Notes under the pieces: generated by a model
Told to the model about the DNA's origin: nothing
Seen by the model: the letters and a program-made list of their open reading frames with translations, nothing else
Databases searched by the model: none
Origin: Polyangiaceae bacterium
GTDB taxonomy: Bacteria > Myxococcota_A > Polyangia > Polyangiales > Polyangiaceae
Reading direction: 5' to 3'
DNA length: 38,868 bases
Assembly: GCA_044222475.1 (NCBI GenBank)
Contig: JBGANF010000075.1
Coordinates: 1-38,868 of the forward strand
Program-made: the position numbers and the translations under genes
Shown: positions 18,795 through 27,705 of the stretch, in pieces
Numbering within the stretch: position 1 is the stretch's first letter
Layout: each line of letters begins with the position of its first letter

Positions 18795-19175
18795 TCAGAT
18801 CCCGAACACCCGGAGCACGGGAAAGAAGCCGCGCAGTGCTTCGAAATCGGTGACGTCACTCGTGTAGAGGATACCGGTGCGTTGCGCCGCGAACGCCGCG
18901 ACGATGGCGTCGACGGTCGTCGCGGCGCGCACCTTGCCCAGCGCGACGCCCGCGAGTTTCATGGTGTCATCCGAAACTGGCTGGACGAGCAACCCACGAA
19001 GCACGGCGTCGCGGCGATCGGTACGGCCTCGCCACCACTCCGCGATGGTCACGTTCGGCGATGCGACGACGAGACCTCGATCTCGCGCGTGGGCGTAGAC
19101 CTTCATCGCGCGCTCCTTGCGGCGTTCGAGCGCGATGAGAGCGCCAGTGTCGAAGGTGATCGCCGCAGCGGTCAC
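18795..19175 (-). CDS. PIN-domain (VapC-like) toxin
   Basis: ITFDTGALIA..IAEWW..TVDAIV..YTSDVTDF acidic PIN residues. GTG overlaps the antitoxin stop (GTGA). Confidence 0.88.
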   Translation of the reverse strand: MTAAAITFDTGALIALERRKERAMKVYAHARDRGLVVASPNVTIAEWWRGRTDRRDAVLRGLLVQPVSDDTMKLAGVALGKVRAATTVDAIVAAFAAQRTGILYTSDVTDFEALRGFFPVLRVFGI

Positions 19176-19429
19176 GCGGTCTTTCGCGCTCCGATGCCCC
19201 AAGCAGCGTCGAGCTCGGCGGCCTCGGCGGGAGTCAGCTTGGCCTTCCCGCCGAAGGACGCGATCAGCGCGTCGCGGCCCTCTTCGTAGGCGATGTACTT
19301 GATGGCGTCGCTCACGACGCGCGACACGTTGCCGCCATACGCACGCTTGGCGCGGCGCTTGAGGACCTTCGCCTCTTCCGTGGGAAGCGAGATCGACAGA
19401 TGCGTGGTCCCGCCCGGTCGCTTCTTCAT
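19172..19429 (-). CDS. Putative antitoxin (ribbon-helix-helix-like)
   Basis: 85 aa; HLSISLP strand followed by helices with GNVSRVV. Coupled upstream of the PIN gene. Confidence 0.8.
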   Translation of the reverse strand: MKKRPGGTTHLSISLPTEEAKVLKRRAKRAYGGNVSRVVSDAIKYIAYEEGRDALIASFGGKAKLTPAEAAELDAAWGIGARKTA

Positions 19430-19497
19430 TCAGGCATCGTAGCACAACTGTGCTTCGATGTGCGGACCCCGGAAGCCGAAGCGCGTACCATGCGCGC

Positions 19498-20280
19498 ATG
19501 ATCAACGCTCCCTTCGACACCGGACCGACCGGAACCTTCAAGACGCTCTGCCAGAAGTACCCCGACGACACCGTGTACAGCGGCGCGAACGGGTTCCGCT
19601 CGCTCTGGGGTCCCATCTTCTACCGCGGCCGCGCGAACGGAACCGCACGCCTGCTCGTCATCGGTCAGGACCCCGCCCAGACCGAAGCAATCACGCGCCG
19701 GATCCTCTCGGGTCAGGCCGGCCGCCGCGTGCAGGGCTTCGTCGAGAAGCTCGGGTTCACGAAGAGCTACCTGATGGTCAATGCGTTCGCCTATGGCATC
19801 TACAACCAAGACATGGCGCTACCGCACCTGAACGATCCGGAGATTCAGGCCTATCGCCACCAGTGGCTCGAAGCCGCGTTCGCCAAAGGCAAGATCGAAG
19901 CGGTCGTCACCTTCGGCACCCCCGCGTTCGATGCGTGGACGGCGTTCAAGGCGACGGCCGTCGGAGCGGCCGTGACGGCGTTCCACCACCGCGCGCTGCA
20001 CCCCACGGCCGACAAGCCCGGCGGCCCGATCACGCGGAAGGATCTCCTCGACAACTGGAACGTCGCGCTCCAGAGCCTTCACGCCAACATCTCCAAACCC
20101 GACGTGACGAAGGCCCTCGTCCCCTACGGGAACGACTTCGCCGCGACCGAGCTACCCGAGATCCCGAGCCGCGACCTTCCCATGGGCCTCCAGCCTTGGA
20201 TGCGCACCACGGACTTCTGGGCGTCGATGTCCACTCCTCCCGGCACCGAAAGAGCCAACATCTCCATCGTCGTCCCGTGA
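19498..20280 (+). CDS. Uracil-DNA glycosylase superfamily protein
   Basis: LLVIGQDP motif A, L.GQAG, VNAF, VVTFG and LHPT motif B. Confidence 0.85.
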   Translation: MINAPFDTGPTGTFKTLCQKYPDDTVYSGANGFRSLWGPIFYRGRANGTARLLVIGQDPAQTEAITRRILSGQAGRRVQGFVEKLGFTKSYLMVNAFAYGIYNQDMALPHLNDPEIQAYRHQWLEAAFAKGKIEAVVTFGTPAFDAWTAFKATAVGAAVTAFHHRALHPTADKPGGPITRKDLLDNWNVALQSLHANISKPDVTKALVPYGNDFAATELPEIPSRDLPMGLQPWMRTTDFWASMSTPPGTERANISIVVP

Positions 20281-20284
20281 CGAG

Positions 20285-21061
20285 CTACGGCTTCACCGGC
20301 GTCTTCTTCAACGGAATGGTCCACAAGTAGATGCGGTGCGTGCGCTGCGCGTAGTTCTTCGGGTCCTCGGCGACGCCCTCGCCCTTGTACGCGCTGTACC
20401 CCTCGCCGTTCACGAACTCGGGCGCCGTCACGGTGAACTCGGCGTCGGGCGTGACGCCCTTCATGTCGAAGTCGTGCGAGACGATGCGCGAGCCGGGGCG
20501 CAGCTTCTCGAGCTGCGGAATCAGTCGGACGTTGAGCTCCGGCAACAAGTAGAGCATCACGACGGTCGCCGGCTGAAGGTCCACCGAGAAGACGTTGGCC
20601 CACCGGATCGTCGCGTTCGCCCCGACGCCGGCGGAGCTCACGTGACCCCGCGCCTCGGCGACGCGCTTGGGATCGATGTCGAAGCCGACCGCCTTCGCGC
20701 CGCGCTTCGCCGACGCGACGACGATGCGTCCGTCGCCGCAGCCCAGGTCGTAGACGACGTCGCTGCTCGTCACCTTCGCGACATCGAGCATCTTGTCGAC
20801 GACTTTCTGAGGCGTCGGCACGTAGACGATGTCGATGTGCTGGTCTTTCTCCCATTGGGCCTTCGCCTCGGCCTCGAGCGGATCGCCTGCGTCAGCGACC
20901 GCGCTGGGCTGAGCGGCAGTGGCGCTGGGCGCGACGCTCGGCGCGGCGCTCGCCACGGCGCTCGGCGCGGTGCTGGGCGCGACGTTCGGGGTGGCCTTCG
21001 GTGCCGGCGCGGAGTTGCAGGCCACGAGCGCGAGCGCGACGAACGAAATCAGCTTTCGCAT
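20285..21061 (-). CDS. Class I SAM-dependent methyltransferase with lipoprotein signal
   Basis: MRKLISFVALALVAC; YVPTP, YDLGCGDGRI, GFDIDP, LRPGSRIVSHDF. Confidence 0.9.
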   Translation of the reverse strand: MRKLISFVALALVACNSAPAPKATPNVAPSTAPSAVASAAPSVAPSATAAQPSAVADAGDPLEAEAKAQWEKDQHIDIVYVPTPQKVVDKMLDVAKVTSSDVVYDLGCGDGRIVVASAKRGAKAVGFDIDPKRVAEARGHVSSAGVGANATIRWANVFSVDLQPATVVMLYLLPELNVRLIPQLEKLRPGSRIVSHDFDMKGVTPDAEFTVTAPEFVNGEGYSAYKGEGVAEDPKNYAQRTHRIYLWTIPLKKTPVKP

Positions 21062-21080
21062 GTTGGGGTACCATTGAATC

Positions 21081-22097
21081 ATGCTGACGCTCGGATGGGT
21101 GAGCGGAAAGAAGTCGACCGTCGCTCAGCGCAAGATGAGCGAGCTCGCCGCCCTGATCGGGCGCCGCGCGGAGATCGAGATCGGCGCACGCGCCTACGAA
21201 ACGTACGACGAGCTGACGCAAGCGACCTATCGCGGCGAGAACGACCTCGCCTGGCTGCCGCCGATTTCCTTTCTCGTTCTCGTACGAGAACACGCGATCG
21301 CCCCGCTCGCCGCAGCGCGCGCCGTGCCGTACAAGAGCGCGATCATCGTCGCGTCGAGCTCGCCGTTCGCGAAGCCGGGGAGCTTGTTGGGAACGCGCGC
21401 GGCATGGGTCGATCGGCACAGCGCTTCCGGATACGTCGTCCCGCGCACCAAGTTCGCCCGTCTCGGGATCGACCCGCGAACGGCGTTCGGCTCGGAGCAG
21501 TTCTACGAGACGCACGACGCGGTCGTGGCCGCGGTCGCGCAGGGGAGTGCCGACTTCGGCGCGACGTGGGCGCGCGTCGAAAAGAGGGAGACGACGGGCC
21601 CGTGGTCGCGCTCCCCGCACGACGTCCGAGTGCTCGCCACCTTCGGTTCGATCCCGCCCGACGTTCTCGCGGCGCGCGCCGATCTCACGAAGCCCGCGCG
21701 CAAGGCGATCGTCGCAGCGCTCAAGACGATCTACGAAGAGCGTCAATCACGTTGGCTCCTGAGAGACGTGCTCAACACCGAAGCGTTCTATCGCCCGCGC
21801 CTCGAGCTCTACGGCCCGTTGCAGGAGGTCGTCGTCGACGCCTACCGCAGCGGGATCCTCGACGCACCCTCGATGCCTCCTCCCGCCGCCGAGCCACCGC
21901 CCAAAGCCGAGCGTCGCCTCGCGATGCGAACCATGGAGACCCAACCCCGCGTCCACCACGCCTCGGTGCCTGACCTGGTCGGTGACGAGGACGGCGCCGA
22001 CGTCGACGCGCTGCTCCAGACGACGGACACTCATCGGTGGTCGCTCCCCGAGATCGAGGTGGACATCGACGTCGACGTCGACGTCAGCTTCGAGTGA
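21081..22097 (+). CDS. PhnD-like phosphate/phosphonate-binding-fold protein
   Basis: YKSAIIV, AWVDRHSASGYVVP, HDAVVAAV..G.AD.GA and IPPD motifs. Confidence 0.8.
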   Translation: MLTLGWVSGKKSTVAQRKMSELAALIGRRAEIEIGARAYETYDELTQATYRGENDLAWLPPISFLVLVREHAIAPLAAARAVPYKSAIIVASSSPFAKPGSLLGTRAAWVDRHSASGYVVPRTKFARLGIDPRTAFGSEQFYETHDAVVAAVAQGSADFGATWARVEKRETTGPWSRSPHDVRVLATFGSIPPDVLAARADLTKPARKAIVAALKTIYEERQSRWLLRDVLNTEAFYRPRLELYGPLQEVVVDAYRSGILDAPSMPPPAAEPPPKAERRLAMRTMETQPRVHHASVPDLVGDEDGADVDALLQTTDTHRWSLPEIEVDIDVDVDVSFE

Positions 22098-22101
22098 TCC
22101 G

Positions 22102-22767
22102 TCAAGGCGTCGTCAGGACCGACGCCTTGTCGACCGGGATGACCACGTTCGTCGTGGTACGCAGCACTCCGCTCCACGCCGTGGTCTCGTGCGAGGTCAC
22201 GTAGTCGAGGGTAACCACCCACCCACCGGCCGTGAGCGCTCGTCCGCCGTTGACGCGCCTCTTCGCCCACGCGCCGAGGTCGATCGTCTCCGTGTAGCGC
22301 CCGTTGGGCCCGAGCTCGACGCTGTAGCGCGCCGACTTGTCGCGATCGTCGACGAAGATCAGGTTGCGCGTCGGCCCGGGACCACCCGACAGCGACGCCG
22401 TGATCCAGTCGAAATGTGCCCCCTGACTCTCGACGTGGGCGAGGAGGCACACCGGCTCGGTGCCTTCGTTCACGAACGTGACGTTGACGAGCGCCCCTTG
22501 GGAGACGGCGCGGATCGTCGGCTTCGCGCCGGCCGGCGCGACGTATCCCCGGCGCTCGCAGTTGGGACGCACGGTGCCGATCGGCGTCGTCGCGGTCGTC
22601 GTCGGGGGGGAAGCCGTGCTCGACTCGGTGGGCGCCGCCGTCGCCGTCATCACGGCCGACGCCGAGGCCGACGAAGCGGGCGCCACCGCCGGTCGCTCGC
22701 CGTAGGTCTCGGGACGCGCGCAACCCGCGGCGAGCGCCAGGAACAGGACTTGGTCGATGGATCTCAC
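22102..22767 (-). CDS. Hypothetical lipoprotein
   Basis: LALAAGC lipobox, S/T/P linker, beta-rich domain. GTGA overlap with the upstream gene. Confidence 0.7.
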   Translation of the reverse strand: MRSIDQVLFLALAAGCARPETYGERPAVAPASSASASAVMTATAAPTESSTASPPTTTATTPIGTVRPNCERRGYVAPAGAKPTIRAVSQGALVNVTFVNEGTEPVCLLAHVESQGAHFDWITASLSGGPGPTRNLIFVDDRDKSARYSVELGPNGRYTETIDLGAWAKRRVNGGRALTAGGWVVTLDYVTSHETTAWSGVLRTTTNVVIPVDKASVLTTP

Positions 22768-23747
22768 GGAAGGGGAAGCGCGCGGTGGAGCGCACTCGCC
22801 AGCATACGCGCAGATCGCGCGTCCGGGAGACCTGCTTCCACGAACGCGGGAGGAGCGCCGAGCTTTTGCCGCGCACGCAGGGCCGAGCGCCGCACGCGTC
22901 GTCGCTCGTCCACCGGGAGCTTCCCCGACGTCCAGCGATGAACGTCGTGCGCGAGGATCGCGTGCTGCGTCTCGTCCCGCGCGATGACGGCCATCGCCTC
23001 GCGGACGGCTGCGCTCGGTGCGTGACGCGCTTGGTACGACGCAAGGAGCGCACCGAAGGTCTCACGGACGCACCCTTCGACGGCGTTCTCGCGCGCGACG
23101 TCGATGAGCGACCGCCGCCGCCAGGGGCGCGCGGTCGCAGCGGGGACGACGCCGCCGTGGGCTCGAGCGAGCTCGCTCATGAGCTTCGTGTGACGCTGCT
23201 CGTCGCGCGCTGCGCGAAGCGCGCGCTGGACGAGCCGTCGCGGGGCCCGGTGCGCGCGGAGATCGCGAGCGAGAATCAGGAACGCGTCGACCGAGGCGGC
23301 CTCGAGCGCGGCGATCTGGGCGAAATACGCGCCGAGCGTGCTCGTCCCTCGAGCCCCTCGATCGCGGAACCCGCGCGGCCTGCGGCCGGCAGGCTGAGAG
23401 CAGGTCGAGGTCACGAATGTGCATTGTACACGTATGCCGCCGGCGTCCTCGCCGCCGTCAGCGTTCGAGTCGGCGTCGGTCGCGGCGTCGCCCGGCGGCG
23501 CATCGAGGCTGCAGGTGAAGTGGCCGTAGCTGCCGCCGTACGATGCGCTGCACGCGCGCTCGCACTCGGTCGAGCTGATGCCGCCGTCGGACGAGACTGC
23601 GCTCGCAGGGAGGGTCGCGCCGCCCCGCGGTTCGTAGATTGGCGTGTCGCCGCAGCAGGGAGAGCCCGCCGAGCACAGCGCCCCGAGGGCGACGGTGAAC
23701 GCGGTGAGGATCGAACGAGAAGAAGAAGAAGAGGAAGAAGAAGTCAT
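22764..23747 (-). CDS. Myxobacterial ferritin-like domain protein with Cys-rich exported N-terminus
   Basis: LEAASVDAF, DEQRH, ENAVEGCVRETFGA and DETQH di-iron-type motifs. Confidence 0.85.
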   Translation of the reverse strand: MTSSSSSSSSRSILTAFTVALGALCSAGSPCCGDTPIYEPRGGATLPASAVSSDGGISSTECERACSASYGGSYGHFTCSLDAPPGDAATDADSNADGGEDAGGIRVQCTFVTSTCSQPAGRRPRGFRDRGARGTSTLGAYFAQIAALEAASVDAFLILARDLRAHRAPRRLVQRALRAARDEQRHTKLMSELARAHGGVVPAATARPWRRRSLIDVARENAVEGCVRETFGALLASYQARHAPSAAVREAMAVIARDETQHAILAHDVHRWTSGKLPVDERRRVRRSALRARQKLGAPPAFVEAGLPDARSARMLASALHRALPLP

Positions 23748-23791
23748 GGTGAAAGTATGAACGCGCGCCGGCTCCAGCGCTTACGCCCCCC

Positions 23792-25396
23792 TCACGTTTC
23801 TCCGGCCAGGGCGCCCAGCAGCTTCTCGCGACCCTCGTCGAGCAGCTTCCGCGGATCGCCCCGCACGACGCGGTGAAGCCCGAGGCACAGCACGAGAATC
23901 GCCACGCACACCGGGACGAGCAGGTGGGGCGCGTACTTCGCACAGAGCAGGAACGATCCAATCGACAACCCACCGCCGACGGCCGAGAGGCCGAGGCCGA
24001 CCAGCACGAGCGGCAACGGCGTCGCGTTCCCGCGGAGGCCCTTCCGCGGAAACATGCGGGGGAGCGACACGCTCGTGCGGCGTCCCACGCCGTTCGCCAG
24101 CACCGACATCGACGCGAAGAGGAGCAGCCCCGCCGCCAGCTGCTCGAGCGCGGAGCGGAACACGAGGGCGAGCAGGATGGTCATCGTGACGGCCTGCGCC
24201 GCCTGGTAGGCGTAAAGGCCGATCGCCTTGCCGGTGAAGATCGCGCGTGGCTCGATCGGCAAGAGGAGCAACGTCTTCGTGCCGTGGCCGTCGAAGCCGA
24301 ACTGATTGAGCTGGAACTGCGCGCTCACGAGCGACAGGTAGACGTACGCTCCCGCGACCGACCACGGCGCCGGGCCGCGGAGCTGTTGGAGCGGCCCGCG
24401 GACGACGGCGAACACGATGATCGGGACGACCAACCCGAAGCGCCCCATGCGGCTCTCCAGGATCGCGTGCCACTGCAAGCGCGCGATGCCCCAGGTCGGC
24501 GTCCCGAAGGTCCAAGGCTTCACGGCGCGCCCGCTCTCGTCGATGGTCGCGTCGGCGTCGCGCGAGAGGAGGCGTCGGGTGAACGCACCGAGGATCGCCA
24601 CCGTACCAAGTGGGTACAGCTGCTTCACGATGGCGAGTCCGTAGCTTCCGTCCAGCGCGTCGGAGAGGCCGGTCGTCGCGACGGTGTACGGCAACCACCC
24701 GATGGCGCGCCGGTAGAGCGAGTCGTTCTTCAAGAAGTCGTCGATGCGCTCGGGCGTGAGAAGGTCGGGCTCGCCCGAGAGCGCGCCGGTCGGCAGCAGC
24801 GACGTGAGCGTGAGCGCCACGAAGAACGCGACGCCAAGGATCACGAGCCCGACGCGGAGCCTGCGCACAGCGCGCTCGGCGAGGCTCCCCACCAGGAGCT
24901 GCACGATGAGGAGCGAGAGCACCGCCTCGACGAGCAGGAGCGCGAGCCACGGCACCAGGACGGGGTGGATGAACGCGATCCCGACGAACAGGGCGCCGAG
25001 CCCTGCCATGCTCATCAGCGGGATGAGGTCGAAGAACCCGCTCACGAGCTCGGCCGCGAAGATGCGCGACGTGCCGACCGGGAAGGTGCGGTAGCTCTCC
25101 CACGTGAGCTGCTTCGCACCACCCACCGCGCCGCTCGCCGCGCCGGCGAGGATCGCCACCGACGTGACCATCGTCGCGATCACGGCCTCGGCCCCGCGGC
25201 CGGGCAGGGTGGCCCCGAGCCAGATCCCGAGCCCGAACAGCGTGAACAGAAGCGGAACGAGGAGCGTCGCGATGAGGATGCCGAGCGCGAGGAGCACGCG
25301 CACGACTCCTCGCCGGCCGATCTCGCGCACGAACCGGTTCCGGCTCGCGCCGAAGTGCGCGGTGAGCATCGCGCGCAGCGGCCCGACTACAGCCAC
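23792..25396 (-). CDS. Multi-pass ABC exporter permease
   Basis: More than 10 hydrophobic segments and NQFGFDG..LLLLPI. Overlaps the ATPase stop; start approximate. Confidence 0.8.
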   Translation of the reverse strand: MAVVGPLRAMLTAHFGASRNRFVREIGRRGVVRVLLALGILIATLLVPLLFTLFGLGIWLGATLPGRGAEAVIATMVTSVAILAGAASGAVGGAKQLTWESYRTFPVGTSRIFAAELVSGFFDLIPLMSMAGLGALFVGIAFIHPVLVPWLALLLVEAVLSLLIVQLLVGSLAERAVRRLRVGLVILGVAFFVALTLTSLLPTGALSGEPDLLTPERIDDFLKNDSLYRRAIGWLPYTVATTGLSDALDGSYGLAIVKQLYPLGTVAILGAFTRRLLSRDADATIDESGRAVKPWTFGTPTWGIARLQWHAILESRMGRFGLVVPIIVFAVVRGPLQQLRGPAPWSVAGAYVYLSLVSAQFQLNQFGFDGHGTKTLLLLPIEPRAIFTGKAIGLYAYQAAQAVTMTILLALVFRSALEQLAAGLLLFASMSVLANGVGRRTSVSLPRMFPRKGLRGNATPLPLVLVGLGLSAVGGGLSIGSFLLCAKYAPHLLVPVCVAILVLCLGLHRVVRGDPRKLLDEGREKLLGALAGET

Positions 25397-26130
25397 GAGA
25401 GGACCCCGTTCTTCGGCCCGCCGACGAGGTCGACGAAGAGCTTCTCTAGCGTCCCACCTTGGGACAACTCGGCGACGGTGCCGAACCCTCGCAGCGCCCC
25501 GTCGTGCAGGATCGCGACGTGGGGACACAGCCGCTCGACGATCTCGAGGATGTGGCTCGTGAGGATCAGCGTGGTCCCCTTCTTCTGCAGGGCGAGCAGG
25601 ATGTCCTTGATGGTGCGACTCGTGACCGGGTCGATGCCCTCGAACGGCTCGTCGAGGAAGAGCACCGGCGGGTCGTGGAGGAGGGCGGCCGAGAGCGCCA
25701 CCTTCTTCTTCATGCCGAAGCTGTAGTCGCCGATGATCGCGCTCGCCGCGGGCCTCAGATCGAGGACGTCGAAGAGCTCCTTCTGGCGCGCCACGATGAG
25801 ATCGTCGGCGAGCCCGTACATCCGTCCGACGAACGTGAGGTACTGCGGACCGGTGAGCATCTCGAGGAGGGCCATGTCTTCGGGCATGACGCCGATGACG
25901 CGCTTCGCTTCGAGAGGCGCGGTCGCGAGATCGATCCCGAGGATGTGGATCGATCCCGAGGTGGGACGAAGAAGGCCGGTCAGCATCTTCAGGGTCGTCG
26001 ACTTCCCGGCTCCGTTACGCCCCAGGAGACCGAGAAATTGGCCCTTCTCGACGTGGAGCGAGAGGTCCGAGACCGCCACCTTGTCTCCGAAGCGCTTCGT
26101 CACGCCGCGAAGCTCGATCGCGTGCGTCAC
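25387..26130 (-). CDS. ABC transporter ATP-binding protein
   Basis: GRNGAGKST Walker A, YSFGMKKK signature, LFLDEP Walker B, SH switch. GTG start at 26130. Confidence 0.95.
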   Translation of the reverse strand: MTHAIELRGVTKRFGDKVAVSDLSLHVEKGQFLGLLGRNGAGKSTTLKMLTGLLRPTSGSIHILGIDLATAPLEAKRVIGVMPEDMALLEMLTGPQYLTFVGRMYGLADDLIVARQKELFDVLDLRPAASAIIGDYSFGMKKKVALSAALLHDPPVLFLDEPFEGIDPVTSRTIKDILLALQKKGTTLILTSHILEIVERLCPHVAILHDGALRGFGTVAELSQGGTLEKLFVDLVGGPKNGVLSWL

Positions 26131-26951
26131 GGGGGCGTCGCTCCGACGACGAGGTCGACGAGCTCCGCCGGCGCGTCGACGTGGACCCAGTGGCCCGCGT
26201 CGGGGATCACGTGGACGGCGACGCGACTGCGCGACTCGGCCGCTATGCGCATCGCCCGCGCGCGGTCGCCCGAGTCGAGCACGGTCGAGCGCCCTCCGAC
26301 GATCATCTCGACGCGGGCCCTCCCGCTCTCGACGACGTCCCACGCGTCCGTCATGAAGTATCGATCGAGCATCGCCGCGATCCGCGGGACGTCGAGCACG
26401 AACGAGTAGCCGCCTTCCTTCAGCGGCCTCACGTTGAGCGCAAGCCACATCGCGATGTCGCGCGAGTGCCCGGCCGCCATGATGAGGCTCACGAACTCGT
26501 CACGGGTGTCGAGACGTTTCGGGAGCGACTCGAGGAGACGCACGATGCTCACCGTCGCCTCGCTCCCGCGCGCGTCGGGTCGGGCGCCCGGCGTCGAGTC
26601 GACGATGAACGCGAGCTCGATCGCGGGTTGGACGCGCAGGTACTCGAGCGCGACCTTGCCGCCGAAGCTGTGGCCGAACACTCCGCGCACCGGCCCCGGG
26701 ATCGCCGCTTCGAGCTCGACGAGATCGCGCGCGCACGACGCGAGATCGTCGGGTGGTGTCACGTCGCGCGACTGACCGTGGAGCCGGAGGTCGACGAGCA
26801 CTGCGCCCCACTGCGGCCGCCGCGCGACGAACGACTTCGCGATCGTACGGAGGTTGTTCCCCGTACCGAGGATGCCGTGGAGAAAGTACATCCACCTCGC
26901 CGGCGCCCCTCCATCGCTCTCGGTAGCGGCGACGAGCGCGTGGGCGAGCAC
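26127..26951 (-). CDS. Alpha/beta hydrolase (YbfF/ABHD11-like esterase)
   Basis: LHGILG, DLRLHG, GHSFGG nucleophile elbow, AGHWVHVD. Confidence 0.92.
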   Translation of the reverse strand: MLAHALVAATESDGGAPARWMYFLHGILGTGNNLRTIAKSFVARRPQWGAVLVDLRLHGQSRDVTPPDDLASCARDLVELEAAIPGPVRGVFGHSFGGKVALEYLRVQPAIELAFIVDSTPGARPDARGSEATVSIVRLLESLPKRLDTRDEFVSLIMAAGHSRDIAMWLALNVRPLKEGGYSFVLDVPRIAAMLDRYFMTDAWDVVESGRARVEMIVGGRSTVLDSGDRARAMRIAAESRSRVAVHVIPDAGHWVHVDAPAELVDLVVGATPP

Positions 26952-27229
26952 TATTTCTTGGTGTCCTTGTCGCGCTTGAGGCGCGCGACCTCTTCCTCGA
27001 GCTTTCGCACGGTGCGCTTGAGGTCACTGACCTCGTCTTCGGTCGCGAGCGCCATCGCCTTGGCGATCTTCTCGACGCTTTCGTTGGTGAGCGTCGTCAC
27101 TTTGCCGGGGACGCTCATCGCCGTCATGACGGCCTTCATGACCCGCGGATCCTGCATCATCTTGAGGACGCGGGGATCCGCCATGAGCTTCATGCCACGT
27201 TCGAGGAGCGTGCTTTTTATCGATGCCAC
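26951..27229 (-). CDS. Small helical/coiled-coil protein (phasin-like C-terminus)
   Basis: 92 aa from GTG 27229; LATEDEVSDLKRTVRKLEEEV. 1-nt overlap with the hydrolase start. Confidence 0.7.
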   Translation of the reverse strand: MASIKSTLLERGMKLMADPRVLKMMQDPRVMKAVMTAMSVPGKVTTLTNESVEKIAKAMALATEDEVSDLKRTVRKLEEEVARLKRDKDTKK

Positions 27230-27249
27230 CCGAGAAACGTAGCGGGTTT

Positions 27250-27681
27250 TCAGCCGCGCTTGGGGGGAATCGTGACGTGACGCTCGAAGAGGAGCTCTTC
27301 CAGGCGGCGGCGCTCGGCGTCGTCCAGGATGGCACCCAGCCACGCCGAGAGCTCGGCGGCCTCGCGGAAGACGCGGCGGTCGGGGTTGTTGGCTTCGCGG
27401 ATCATGCGCTGGATCTGCATCCCGAACGTCGGGCTCGCGTTGAGGAGCGTGGCCGTTCGCAAGAGGTGTGGCTCGTTCCTCATCGTGGCCACGTAGGCGT
27501 CGACGACGTCCTGCGGGAACACGGTCGCGTCGGCGAGGTCGACGAAGCAGACGTAGGGGCCGCCCACCGCGCGGATCACGTCGTCGTGCGCGACCTGCCA
27601 CGGACCCGTCTCTTCGATCGAGACGGGCGACCAGATCCGAATCTCGACGAGTCTCCCCACACGGCGCTCGATGGACCACAC
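27250..27681 (-). CDS. Small hypothetical protein (STAS/SEC14-like myxobacterial family suspected)
   Basis: CFVDL...VFP...RRVFREAAELSAWL pattern. GTG 27681 chosen because of the upstream TATCAT; ATG 27699 is an alternative. Confidence 0.7.
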   Translation of the reverse strand: MWSIERRVGRLVEIRIWSPVSIEETGPWQVAHDDVIRAVGGPYVCFVDLADATVFPQDVVDAYVATMRNEPHLLRTATLLNASPTFGMQIQRMIREANNPDRRVFREAAELSAWLGAILDDAERRRLEELLFERHVTIPPKRG

Positions 27682-27705
27682 GGCGCCGGATGATAGCATC
27701 GCGGC

